DNA from: a virus
Lineage: Duplodnaviria > Caudoviricetes
DNA length: 64,000 bases
Virus record (IMG/VR): IMGVR_UViG_3300046318_000318
Strand: one strand, 5' to 3'
The notes under the pieces are model-generated. The model was not told where the DNA came from, ran no database searches, and saw only the letters and a program-made list of their open reading frames with translations. Shown piece by piece: positions 1-9,840 of the stretch; position 1 is the first letter of the stretch, and each line of letters begins with the position of its first letter. Made by a program: the position numbers and the translations under genes.

Positions 1-1029
1 TTGCACAGAGCTGTACTCCATCCCCAATAAGTCATTGATATACTCATTATGAACAGCTTCTTCTTCATCCTCTAAGCTTTTTTTACTTAGGTGATAGAGA
101 GGATACCTGAGTTTCAATTCCTCAAAGGCTTGATAAACACCGTGATCTTTACGGGCCTTAATTCTAATATATGAGTTTATAGGAATCTTTAAGAGCTGTT
201 TGTCTATGGATTCTAAACATCTATCCACATCAGCTAACTTAAGAGTGATTGTTTTGAAGATCTTGGCTTTTTTATTCTCTAGAAAGAAGAACTTATTACC
301 ATCATCAGGATCCAATATCATCAACATAGCACCCTTGGGTTCTTCTTCCCCGTGAGTAAGTCTATCAAAAGAACCTTGAGCTAAGATTCTTTCGTATGTC
401 GAGTGGGTGTGGATATGTCCTATATTGATAAAGTACTTGACTAACTCAAGATAAGATAACTCATCATGTTTACTGGTGGTCTTACCCACACCAGGTAACT
501 GATAGTTAAACAAACCATGCATGATAGCTATATCCACAGTTTTCAACTGCATCTCAGCCATCAAAGTCTTTACCTGATCTAAAGTTTCTTGTGTTGTGGC
601 AGCCCATTCATCAGGCACATAAAGAACGTGTATGTCATGTTTCTCCATGTACTCTATAGAAAGAATGTCTATGTATTTGAAATCACCAGGTGTCTGCGAT
701 ATCTTCCAAACAGTTTCTGCTTGAGACGATTGATTCCAATCATGACTGGGCGTACCTTTCAGGATCCTCAGTGAGATGTTCTCTCTAGAGCAAAATCTAG
801 ATAGTCTATCCAACCACAGTTTGATAAGGTGCGTATTCTCATCATCCATGTCTAGTAATCTGTCAAACAAATCACCAGCTATGAAGATGATATCTAGTTT
901 ACAATGATCGCTTTTAGGGCTATAGTCTTCAAAGAAAGTATCTAGATTTGCAATAATTTCCTCTGTTGGGTTATTCTTACTACCCAGATGTACATCACTG
1001 AGAACTAAATACCTTAAACGTTCAGTCAT
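1..1029 (-). CDS. SbcD/Mre11-like metallophosphoesterase nuclease (runs off the left edge)
   Basis: Manual translation from ATG at 1029: MTERLRYLVLSDVHLG...IAGDLFD...GTPSHDW...MHG...IGHIH; absent from the ORF track because no stop in window. Confidence 0.85.
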   Translation of the reverse strand, partial: MTERLRYLVLSDVHLGSKNNPTEEIIANLDTFFEDYSPKSDHCKLDIIFIAGDLFDRLLDMDDENTHLIKLWLDRLSRFCSRENISLRILKGTPSHDWNQSSQAETVWKISQTPGDFKYIDILSIEYMEKHDIHVLYVPDEWAATTQETLDQVKTLMAEMQLKTVDIAIMHGLFNYQLPGVGKTTSKHDELSYLELVKYFINIGHIHTHSTYERILAQGSFDRLTHGEEEPKGAMLMILDPDDGNKFFFLENKKAKIFKTITLKLADVDRCLESIDKQLLKIPINSYIRIKARKDHGVYQAFEELKLRYPLYHLSKKSLEDEEEAVHNEYINDLLGMEYSSVQ

Positions 1030-1549
1030 AGATCAGATCGTCTTTGTCATCATTATTAGTTACAGATCCTGAGTTTTCAGTCTTTGAACCTAAGTTATAC
1101 CTAGTAAGGATGCCTTCCCAATCTTTTTGCGCCTGGGTTAAAGGCACTTCGGTATAACCATCAGACTTATGCTCAAGAGCTTTAGCTAAAAAGTTATTGG
1201 CTACTTGAGGTAGGTTGTTGTTATACAGCTCATACTGACTGAAGATCTCCCGCATGGTTTTACCTTGCAGCATAGTCACCATGCCTGTGTCATAAAGAGC
1301 AGGCACTCTGAACAATACTTCGTTGTTATTACCGATGACATCTACAGGTGCCATGGGGTTACCAGCCACACTTACCCATTCGGCAAAGACAGGTTGCGAA
1401 ACAGTCGGAGTTTTCTCACCGGAGAAATAAGGTAGGAAGTACTGTGAGAAGATCTTCTCTGGTAGTTTAGCGACAGGGGTTTCACTAACCAAAGTTTTAT
1501 AGCTTTGATCTATGTTGTTCTGCAATTCTTGTTTAACGTCTTTATCCAT
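1022..1549 (-). CDS. hypothetical protein
   Basis: 175-aa ORF in operon, overlaps next start. Confidence 0.75.
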   Translation of the reverse strand: MDKDVKQELQNNIDQSYKTLVSETPVAKLPEKIFSQYFLPYFSGEKTPTVSQPVFAEWVSVAGNPMAPVDVIGNNNEVLFRVPALYDTGMVTMLQGKTMREIFSQYELYNNNLPQVANNFLAKALEHKSDGYTEVPLTQAQKDWEGILTRYNLGSKTENSGSVTNNDDKDDLIYD

Positions 1550-1553
1550 GTTG

Positions 1554-1961
1554 TCACCCGTTATTGATAGATATGATTTTGCTGATGGTTGTGTTGGTAT
1601 ACTCTACCATTTTACCTAAGGTATAAGTAGTACCTACTGTGTCTGTAAAGTTAATAAATAAACTTAAACTAACAGAACTGGAACCTGTTGCTGTAAGACT
1701 GTCATCTACTTCCACAACAACATTTTCAAAAAACTTACTGAAGTATTTAGCCAAAACAGATTCTAAAGACCTGATTGTAGCGGGTATGTCACCTTGGTTG
1801 GTATGGAGTATGTAAGAAAAAGAAGTTACACCTTCTGGAAAAGTGTAAGATTGACTGTGGTCAGAAGCAAAGAAATGTGAAAACAAATAGTCTGCTGTTT
1901 TCAAACTGCCTGTGACCCAGCCGTCTGTGCTCAGACTAGGCATAGTGGCTGAAGAACTCAT
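1554..1961 (-). CDS. hypothetical protein
   Basis: 135-aa ORF with SD-like GAGG upstream. Confidence 0.75.
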   Translation of the reverse strand: MSSSATMPSLSTDGWVTGSLKTADYLFSHFFASDHSQSYTFPEGVTSFSYILHTNQGDIPATIRSLESVLAKYFSKFFENVVVEVDDSLTATGSSSVSLSLFINFTDTVGTTYTLGKMVEYTNTTISKIISINNG

Positions 1962-2007
1962 ACGGGCCTCTTAAAGGTAAAAGATCATACCATACTACCA
2001 GCCGGTG

Positions 2008-2044
2008 AAAAAAGAAATACCCAGCTTTGGCCGGGTATTTCTTT
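2008..2044. terminator. intrinsic terminator hairpin
   Basis: AAAGAAATACCCAGC-TTTG-GCCGGGTATTTCTTT with A/T tracts. Confidence 0.75.
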
Positions 2045-2049
2045 ATGTA

Positions 2050-2673
2050 TCACTCACCAAAGATATCGGTAGGGTCACGACCCTCAGCCAAGATCTGTTG
2101 GATCTTATCCCATGTCAACAATATATCGTGACGTTCTTCTGTTGAAAGATCTTGATGACCTTCAAATAGTTCATCACAATACTGTTTAGCCACCCACTCA
2201 TACTTACCATCCACTTCAATGTCCTGGACCACACCATCCATCACCCTGCGGTAATAGTAGTGCTGATCATTACTTTGCTTAGGATCGATATCGATATAAG
2301 TGTCGCTGTAGCCATTGACGAGTTGTCTATGGTACATGTTTCGAAGGTCCGGCTGTGCCATGATGTAGTTTTGCATCATGGGTGTAGCGCTTCTCATACC
2401 TTCGATGTCATCTATCTGGATAATGACGTTAGGTTGATATAACCCACCGGCATGTCTGATAGCAGCTTTAGCTATCCTGATAGCTGTGTTATCATGGATT
2501 CTTGCATACAACTCTTTAGCACCTTGCATAAATCTTTGACCAGTTTCAGTCAGCGCATTACTGAACGACTGCATTTGGTTTTGGAAATACTGCAAAGTGC
2601 TTGGAGATTGATTTGGGAATGCAAGGTAATCAAAAGCCAAAGGTGAAGCTTCGATCACATTGATTTGATACAT
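2050..2673 (-). CDS. hypothetical protein, translationally coupled to RNAP exon 3
   Basis: ATG at 2673 overlaps the exon-3 stop (TAATG); preferred to the TTG at 2688. Confidence 0.8.
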   Translation of the reverse strand: MYQINVIEASPLAFDYLAFPNQSPSTLQYFQNQMQSFSNALTETGQRFMQGAKELYARIHDNTAIRIAKAAIRHAGGLYQPNVIIQIDDIEGMRSATPMMQNYIMAQPDLRNMYHRQLVNGYSDTYIDIDPKQSNDQHYYYRRVMDGVVQDIEVDGKYEWVAKQYCDELFEGHQDLSTEERHDILLTWDKIQQILAEGRDPTDIFGE

Positions 2674-2840
2674 TAACTCTCCAACCAAGATGAGATTGTT
2701 GCAATATTAGGCTTTGGGATACTTACGTTACCTGAAACCTGGAACGGCTTAGTCATCTGAAATATGTTAAACTCTGGTGAGAGAGGATACCACATATTAG
2801 ACATCTTTTCGTCAAGTGAGATAGAGACATTGAGAGCGTC
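2673..2840 (-). CDS. nvRNAP beta-prime N-terminal subunit, exon 3 (DALNVSISLDEK...SWLES*)
   Basis: 55 codons plus stop beginning with the last Asp of NADFDGD, preceded by intron terminal G; first 8 nt form P10 with intron 2. Confidence 0.88.
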   Translation of the reverse strand, partial: DALNVSISLDEKMSNMWYPLSPEFNIFQMTKPFQVSGNVSIPKPNIATISSWLES

Positions 2841-3185
2841 CATAACTACCTCACTCTAGCTTTAACTAAGTTCGCTAAACTTATTGATCTTGCTTAAGGA
2901 TCCTGATACTTTCATATCAGATTAGACTATATCTTCATCTTTCGATGCTCTTCGTTTCCACTCGCTTGAGTGTACTCCCATGTGGGATAGTCGTTGACCA
3001 CACTCCATGTAAGTATATATGTCTATACTTAGTTAGGAGCTTCGGTGCGGATTGCCCAATCCTTGTATCTTTTACCATACCCAGATAGTTACTCTGGCCA
3101 CTGCATATATTTCTATCGCAGTTTGGTGCACAAGGCTCTAAGGAGTTTCCCGCAATTAGAAGAGTTTAAACGACGGCAACACTCT
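2841..3185 (-). ncRNA. group I intron 2 (ORF-less, 345 nt) in the RNAP gene
   Basis: P AATTGCGGGAAA, Q AATCCGCA, R GTCAACGACTA, S AAGATATAGTC; P1 GACGGU/GCCGUC with U.G at the splice site; P10 AGAGUGUU/GACGCUCU; ends in G. Confidence 0.92.
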
Positions 3186-3206
3186 ACCGTCAAAATCAGC
3201 ATTTGG
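3186..3206 (-). CDS. nvRNAP beta-prime subunit, 21-nt micro-exon 2 (PNADFDG)
   Basis: CCA AAT GCT GAT TTT GAC GGT between two intron cores; restores HILTVRAPNADFDGD, same spacing as bacterial HPLVCAAYNADFDGD. Confidence 0.9.
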
Positions 3207-5197
3207 CTTATTGTCCAGTAAAGTCGCTCAGCTTCACAGCTTACCCTCTTTACCCGGTGCGCTTACACACCCACCTGTACTTTCATACAGGAACAGATCA
3301 TATCTTCATCCTTATTAAAGGATGCTCTCCGCTTCTTCCCTGCTTAGGGCTTTACTCGGTCGCAACTCCGATGATCGTTGAACTTTACGCATGGTTGATA
3401 AGAATCAACTTTAGCGTCTTAGCTGCTGATTACCCAATTCTTATATTTTTCAAACTATCACGCTCATCGTTTCCGATCACGTTGTAGTATATAAGACTCT
3501 AAAGGACTTCCCAGCAATTCAAAGAGATAACTTAGTCAATTACTCAACTAAGTGCCTTATCTCATCATTATTAAAATACAATGTCAATCGCCACACACCG
3601 CCTATCAATGCTTTTCTTCTAGCTATTGTAGGGATATATTGTCTAGCATACCCAAATTGCTGACTAATATCTATAGGACTTGTTATAATCCTAGTTTCGC
3701 CAGTTTCAACGTTTTCGATAAAATATCCGTTACCCCTAAAAGATCTTTTATCGAGACATAATTGTTTAAAGTACCTCAGCTCCTTATCGGTAAGATCTTT
3801 AAACTGTCCGTTGAAACTAAATTGCCAACCTTTAATCGGAATGTTCTTTAATCTTTTATTTTTAATAGATAGTTGAACACCCCATGAAACACCAGTTATT
3901 TTCTCACAAGCTGCCAGCGATTCAAATTTACGTTCTTTGCGTGTGAATATATTTCTAGCAGTAACTGGTATTTTTATTTGTAAATCTTCTAAGGATGGTT
4001 TTTCCTGAGGCCATGGTCTTGCATCTAATTTTCGTTTGAAACATAATCCGTCTGAATAGATTTTAATATCGGAAGATCTAAGTCTGACGGACACGGTTAG
4101 TTCAGAATATCCAAGTTTCAGAGAGCAATCCCTAGCACTTTTATATTCAGTCACCTCATCCGTGATTATGTTTTTAACAAGTATTGCTGAACCATACCTG
4201 AATTGATCGTACTCATTTTCTAAATTTTCATAATTTTTCCATTCTTTTAATTCAGATAGCCATTGAAACTGCATGTAATTTTCCCAAAGTTTACAACCGG
4301 GTTTTGTTTTTAACCGATGGTAAAGTAAATCATTACTCAAGCCTAATGCAATTGCGCATTGCGTCGGGTTATCATAAATAGTGATTTCATTGGTTTTAAC
4401 ATTTCTAGTTATGACGTCTATGGTATACTTTTTCTCATTTTCAAGAATTCTATTTACTTTTTCATCAGATCTATCACAATTCGAATAAATGACATTTCCT
4501 CTAGGTGTCACCCATTCTAAATTATCTAAGGTGTCAAAGCCAGGTATCTCATTTTTATGATTTACGTACAGCGATTCAACGTTTCTAGGATAATCTAGCC
4601 ATGCTAAGCACATAGCTCTGTGTCTGAAAAATTTGTAAGATGTATTCTCATTAAGGGAAACATCAGGAATACCTGAATAGGAATGGTAACCATCTCTATC
4701 ACAAAAAGCTTTTTTATCCACACCAGTTATCAAATTTCTAACTTTTCCTTCCTTTGTTATACCATATCTTGTAAAACCAGGAATATAAGCATGATCTTTG
4801 TGTACTGGATGTGATAAACCAACTGGAAATTTCCAAATCAAGTTGCTAGGATGAGAGTTATTAAAATCACCGTCCTCGAACATCAAGTGTAATAAATGCA
4901 CTTGACTTTCATGAACGTGAACGGGCTTAAAAGCCGAAGCTATGATAAACTCTATTGGATATAGACCAGGACCTCTTATCCAATCTAAGAAAATCAAAGT
5001 GCTTCCTGTTTCAGTTGAGATACACTCAATCTGAATGTTCTCTCGCGATATGACATCACCTTCTGAGTTAACAGAATAACGACCGTCAGACCAGGGTAGC
5101 GAAAGATAGTTTTGGGTTTGTAAATATTTACTAAGCATATATCCTTTCTATATAGAAAGGTATGCTAAACGGCGATTGACAATAATGATAAGAATTA
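3207..5197 (-). mobile_element. group I intron 1 (1991 nt) carrying an HNH homing endonuclease
   Basis: After the ORF: P AATTGCTGGGAA, Q AATCAGCAG, R GTTCAACGATCA, S AAGATATGATC (P7 GAUCA/UGAUC); exon ends in U (GCT); intron ends in G. Confidence 0.9.
3540..5138 (-). CDS. intron-encoded HNH homing endonuclease with C-terminal DNA-binding repeats
   Basis: VNHKNEIPGFDTLDNLEWVT HNH motif, degenerate first copy DGDFNNSHPSNLIW, repeats such as YKSARDCSLKLG and FESLAACEKITG. Confidence 0.88.
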   Translation of the reverse strand: MLSKYLQTQNYLSLPWSDGRYSVNSEGDVISRENIQIECISTETGSTLIFLDWIRGPGLYPIEFIIASAFKPVHVHESQVHLLHLMFEDGDFNNSHPSNLIWKFPVGLSHPVHKDHAYIPGFTRYGITKEGKVRNLITGVDKKAFCDRDGYHSYSGIPDVSLNENTSYKFFRHRAMCLAWLDYPRNVESLYVNHKNEIPGFDTLDNLEWVTPRGNVIYSNCDRSDEKVNRILENEKKYTIDVITRNVKTNEITIYDNPTQCAIALGLSNDLLYHRLKTKPGCKLWENYMQFQWLSELKEWKNYENLENEYDQFRYGSAILVKNIITDEVTEYKSARDCSLKLGYSELTVSVRLRSSDIKIYSDGLCFKRKLDARPWPQEKPSLEDLQIKIPVTARNIFTRKERKFESLAACEKITGVSWGVQLSIKNKRLKNIPIKGWQFSFNGQFKDLTDKELRYFKQLCLDKRSFRGNGYFIENVETGETRIITSPIDISQQFGYARQYIPTIARRKALIGGVWRLTLYFNNDEIRHLVE

Positions 5198-6439
5198 AGC
5201 GCGCACTGTTAAAATGTGCATTCCAATAGTGAGGTCATTTGGGTTCTTTTTGAACTTAGTAATCTTCACTCGTTGAGCCGACCCCTGCAAAAGGCTCGGA
5301 TTTCTTTGGAGACATACATACAAACCTTTATCAGGCGCTTCGTCTATCAGCTCCTGCATAAACCTTTCTAACAAGGGGTGGTGTTTGTTAGTATGTTTGT
5401 ATAGGAAACCAATAGAGTCATTCAGACCCATGCCGTAACGCCGCAGCTTATTCAACATGTGGATACGGTAAGCTGTGGTGGCCATACACCAAGGAGCTTC
5501 TATTTCATCATACTCTTTACCCGCTGTAATAGAGATGATAACTGCTCGGAATGAGAAGTTGGTTCTGGCTCCGAACATGTGTTTCCTGAAGTGACCGTGC
5601 TTATGAGCCATCAACAACAGGGTGTCGTTGTAGAAATCACAAAGCATGATCAAGGACTTAACTGTTCGGTTTTGCTTGGTCTTACTTGTCTGATCGTAAA
5701 AGTCTCTGTCAATAGACACCATCGTGTTGACAGCATTCACAGCCTTCATAATGGAAGGATCTGTGTATGTGCCTAGCGGTTGTGTATCAAAGATCAGGAC
5801 TATCTTGTTCGGCAAAGGCAGATACTCACTGAAAATTATCTTACGATAGTCTTTTAGCAAGGATTGAAGATAGTCTATCCTCTCACTCTTAAGCTCGAAC
5901 TTCTGAGTCTTAGGTGCAAACTCAGTCATGGAGAAGAGAGTATCCATGATGTAATCGAAATTAGTCACAAAGTAATTGTAACCGCGCTCGATATTGCACG
6001 TCATCAGTTTGGTCAGCACTTTGTCAGGTGTTTTAGCTGCTGTCGTATAGCTTGTGTTACAAAGCCATTCGATCACAGAGAACCCTGATTTGGTAAACCT
6101 CTTGATGAGCATCATGAAAACCACAGGAGAAATAAGCTTCTCTACCCCTACTGGTTGTTTGAGCCAGATGACTGGTTCGATATCTGACACAACTGAAGCT
6201 TTAACTTCAGTGTGACAGACTGGACAGATAGTACTCTTAGAATATTCACCTTTGGTATGTCCACATTGACAACTGGGAATCAGACTGATCTGATCACTAG
6301 AGAGATGTGTGGTAAGTTTCTCTTTGACAGCCTCACGTTCTTCAAGCGTAGAACACGCCATGTGGTTGATGAGGGTGGGGGTATGACGTAATGTATAAAA
6401 CATCTCGTCGTAGTTAACCAGTTCTTGGATAACAGGCAT
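5198..6439 (-). CDS. non-virion RNA polymerase beta-prime N-terminal subunit (phiKZ gp55-like), exon 1; spliced product 476 aa
   Basis: Zn finger CQCG...CPVC, FGARTNFSFRAVI, LQRNPSL, RVKITKFK; lies next to chimallin as in phiKZ. Confidence 0.9.
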
Positions 6440-6488
6440 GAGTTTCCTTTATGGTTGGTTGATGATACATTCAGACAGCGGTCACATA

Positions 6489-6497
6489 AAGTATATG
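6489..6497 (-). promoter_or_regulatory. candidate phage promoter core CATATACTT
   Basis: Same core upstream of chimallin (8563-8571) and in the longer repeats at 37136 and 47117; TATATACTT variant at 10965. Confidence 0.45.
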
Positions 6498-6523
6498 GTA
6501 TTAGTAAAATTAACAAACAGGAC

Positions 6524-6559
6524 AAAAAAAGATACACCAGCCGAAGCTGGTGTATCTTT
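6524..6559. terminator. intrinsic terminator with UUCG loop on the minus strand
   Basis: AAAGATACACCAGC-CGAA-GCTGGTGTATCTTT. Confidence 0.85.
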
Positions 6560-6583
6560 ATGTCAGATCCGTATCTCTACAGA

Positions 6584-8452
6584 TCAGTAGCGGTAACCAC
6601 CCATGTTGATGTAGTTCTGCATATGCTGAGGAGCCATGCCGAAACCCATGAACGATTGAGTAGGTGCCAGCAGACCAGCGTTGGCGAAACTTGCAACACC
6701 GCGTTGGTTGTTGAAGTCTGCACCAGACATTGGGCTGTTGATACGCACCATCAGGTTGCAAGCCTGAATACCCTTACGCAGAGCGTCCAGGAACGTAGCG
6801 CTGAAGGTCACTCGTTGAGCATAGCCTGTAAACACAGCGGACTCATTGGACATGCTGGAGATCATACGCTTGCGATCGGAGAGACGCTCTGCCAACGAGA
6901 TGTTGGTGTTCAGGTACGTTTCGGTGAACTGACGCAATGCATGCACATTGTTGGCACCAAGGATGTTGGCAGCTGCCAAGTAGTCGATGTCACGGATGTC
7001 ACGCTGAGCACCGTTGCGATCGGTGTAGTAACCCAGATGGACACGGTTACCCACATCCACGAACATCTGTGCGTTGTTCGGGAAATAGCGACCGAAGTTG
7101 CCAGCAGTCAGTTCCTGAGCAGCTTTGTACATGATGTCGTAAGCACCACCACCGCTTGCAGCAGCTGCACTGTACAGACCAGTATACCATGCCTGAGGAC
7201 CAGCTTCTGGGCAGTCAACAGCAACCATCAGACCAGGCTGAACCAGAGTGTTCAAGAACTGACCCAAGTTCTCAGTCGTAAAACTGGAAGACTTGGTGTC
7301 GAGGATGTTGCTGATACCAGTGGGTTGATTGTCAAAGTTGCCTTCGATGTTCAACGCACCTGCATCACGCAGATCCAAATCCTTAGTCATCTGGGGTCGG
7401 AAGATCTGGTAGTAGTTGTTGTTCAACGCCAGAGCATCCATGTTCGCCACTGCCAACAGCATGTTAGCTGGAGTGTATGCGTGAGCACTGGACAGAGTGG
7501 TGATCACAGCACGAGCTGCAAACTTCTGTGGCAAACGCTGTTGTGCAGGCATGTAGGGGTTGACCATGGGTTCACGAGGAGCCCAGAGCATTTCTACAAA
7601 GCCGCCAACTTCACTGATGCGAGTCTCACGACCGCCGCTGTTCAGACTGCGGTTCTGATTTTGGTTCTGATTGTTCTGAGCTGCAAAGCTCAGTTGGAAG
7701 TCAGAACGAATCAAGTTACCGACATCGTCAGCCACAGGTGTCGAACCAAAGGTCATGTTGATGACCAATTGTTGACCCGTAGGGATCTGCGACAGGTTCA
7801 GATCCTGGAACGTAGGAACCAGTTGAGACAACTCAGTACCGTTAGCCAAGCCAGCGTTCAGTGCCAGCTTATACACAGCAGCTTTGTCCTTCGTATTGAA
7901 AGTAGCTGGTACGACAGTGGCGTCGGTGAACCGCAGTTCGTGCTGAGGAAACGCACGACCAACAGCCGCCTTGGCTTTTGCAATCAAGATGTCGTCGAGA
8001 GCATCGCCCGCTACCCGATACAACTCGATTTGCTTTTGGTGGTGGTACTGCACCACAGGAGTGGGTTTGTCACCAGTTGCTTCGAGGATCAGCACATGGA
8101 ATGCTACCTTGTTAGGTACATCCTTCAGACGCATCGCCACGACCAGGCAAGAGAATGCCAGAGCCGTTTCGTTCTGGTTGTCCAGATCCAGAATGCTGAT
8201 CAGACTGTCAGAACTTGCGTTCTTGTAGATCTCAATAAGTGCGGTCTTGAGGTCGTTGTAAGCCTCAGACCCAATTGAGCGACCGATAGGGGCACCGAAG
8301 ATGTTACCGCCGGAACCGAAGTTCCAAGAAGATTTCACAGGTGCTTGTTGGGTAGCAGTAGCTGCTTGACCAGGAGAACCGGCTTGGGTGAAAGCGGTTG
8401 CTTCAGCAGAGGTTGCAGAAGCGGAAGAGTTGTTACCAGTATTGAGAGCCAT
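6584..8452 (-). CDS. chmA: chimallin, major phage nuclear shell protein (phiKZ gp54-like)
   Basis: 622 aa, low-complexity N-terminus then FGAPIGRSIGSE; host-like optimised codons; syntenic with the nvRNAP subunit. Confidence 0.85.
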   Translation of the reverse strand: MALNTGNNSSASATSAEATAFTQAGSPGQAATATQQAPVKSSWNFGSGGNIFGAPIGRSIGSEAYNDLKTALIEIYKNASSDSLISILDLDNQNETALAFSCLVVAMRLKDVPNKVAFHVLILEATGDKPTPVVQYHHQKQIELYRVAGDALDDILIAKAKAAVGRAFPQHELRFTDATVVPATFNTKDKAAVYKLALNAGLANGTELSQLVPTFQDLNLSQIPTGQQLVINMTFGSTPVADDVGNLIRSDFQLSFAAQNNQNQNQNRSLNSGGRETRISEVGGFVEMLWAPREPMVNPYMPAQQRLPQKFAARAVITTLSSAHAYTPANMLLAVANMDALALNNNYYQIFRPQMTKDLDLRDAGALNIEGNFDNQPTGISNILDTKSSSFTTENLGQFLNTLVQPGLMVAVDCPEAGPQAWYTGLYSAAAASGGGAYDIMYKAAQELTAGNFGRYFPNNAQMFVDVGNRVHLGYYTDRNGAQRDIRDIDYLAAANILGANNVHALRQFTETYLNTNISLAERLSDRKRMISSMSNESAVFTGYAQRVTFSATFLDALRKGIQACNLMVRINSPMSGADFNNQRGVASFANAGLLAPTQSFMGFGMAPQHMQNYINMGGYRY

Positions 8453-8752
8453 GATTTTCCTTGAGTTATGGAAGGTTAAAATTGATTGTGCACAATCAGC
8501 CTTTAGAGCTAAAGACTAAGCAGAACTACTCGTTAAAACTAATTATCGACTAGGGCCAAATAAAGTATATGAACCCTGGTTTTTTTAGAAACGGGATTTT
8601 TGCGGCCAAGAGTTTACTCAGAGGTTACCCTCTAAGTTGCACGGACGTTCAGTTCCATACTATAAGTATACTGTCTGTAAAAAATGTACCTAACTTTTAT
8701 CTTAAGTCTAATCACTATAGCAATCTTATGAATTATTTTTAAAGCCAGAACC

Positions 8753-9832
8753 ATGTACGAGCTTTTCACAAAACGTTTCGAAGAAAATAACGATATCATA
8801 CGTCCTGGTCAAATAGACCTCATCAAGAGAAACTATCAGAAACAGATCACTAAAATTGAAAACTATTACAGAGCATCTGGCTTTAGTGTAAGAAGCAAAC
8901 ATTTGTTCTGTAGGATCATCACGACAGCTTTATCTGGCATGTCTTTAGATATATACAGATTCAATCAGCTGAATGATCTAAGGGCCAATAACTACGCTAG
9001 GTATTTTGAACTGACCTCAGAAGTAAGCTTTGGTAAATTCAGAAAAGACTTTCTATATAGAGGGTTGACTGGTTTGCTATCTATATCCGAATATTTCGAC
9101 GTAGCTGAGGCTTATAGAGACTGGGAAAACTTAAGACCTGTGGAGGTACTTACACACAACGTAAGCAACACAAGGTTTTTACTACCTGACAATCCAAACT
9201 ACAACAGTGAAGAAGGCATCAACTACGTCAAGATAGACATACCTAAGTTATTGTTGATGTACAGAGCTTTCTATGAGAAACAGGTAAGTGCCAGAGGAGA
9301 TGTTGACGGTGGTATGGTCCCCGTGGCTCAGTTTGTCATGAGGTATGTATTACCTAACATGATGAGATCTCATTTAGAGCTGGTTTTGTTTAACAGATTT
9401 AACAATTTGTTAACTGGTGAGCCTATGGGTGAGACTTATAAGAACCACCCTTTTCCTGTTCTGGATCAAGATAAGTCTTTAGATAATGTTCTCTATGAGC
9501 TGGTCAAACATGTTCAAAGAAAACCTATGCACTATTATAGTGTATTGAAGCTGATACCTTCTGTCTACTCAGAAGACTTTCAACAGTTTGGTCTGATGCC
9601 TGATTTAGCACCTACCAAACAAGTCTGGTGGTATCTGCTTATGTCTAAGAGAAGAGTTATGGAAATGTTAATGACACAGAACCCTGAGAGGGGTGAGAGG
9701 TTAAACAATTTCTATATACAGGATCTTAAAGTAGATCTGCAAAGATTGAACAGAGACAACAGTCTGAATTTCATGAAACAAGATGATTTGTTCATGGATG
9801 ATATACTGTTTGCTAATGAACATTCTAAATAA
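8753..9832 (+). CDS. conserved phiKZ-like hypothetical protein
   Basis: 359-aa ORF divergent from chmA; synteny. Confidence 0.75.
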   Translation: MYELFTKRFEENNDIIRPGQIDLIKRNYQKQITKIENYYRASGFSVRSKHLFCRIITTALSGMSLDIYRFNQLNDLRANNYARYFELTSEVSFGKFRKDFLYRGLTGLLSISEYFDVAEAYRDWENLRPVEVLTHNVSNTRFLLPDNPNYNSEEGINYVKIDIPKLLLMYRAFYEKQVSARGDVDGGMVPVAQFVMRYVLPNMMRSHLELVLFNRFNNLLTGEPMGETYKNHPFPVLDQDKSLDNVLYELVKHVQRKPMHYYSVLKLIPSVYSEDFQQFGLMPDLAPTKQVWWYLLMSKRRVMEMLMTQNPERGERLNNFYIQDLKVDLQRLNRDNSLNFMKQDDLFMDDILFANEHSK

Positions 9833-9840
9833 GGAACCTT

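Noticed and set aside
3207-3216. Alternative in-frame 3' splice site for intron 1 adding DNK
   Set aside because: Would lengthen the H...NADFDGD spacing by 3 residues relative to beta-prime; cDNA needed to exclude it fully.
6425-8278. 617-aa plus-strand ORF
   Set aside because: Antisense shadow of chimallin's biased codons; no SD and no recognisable motifs.
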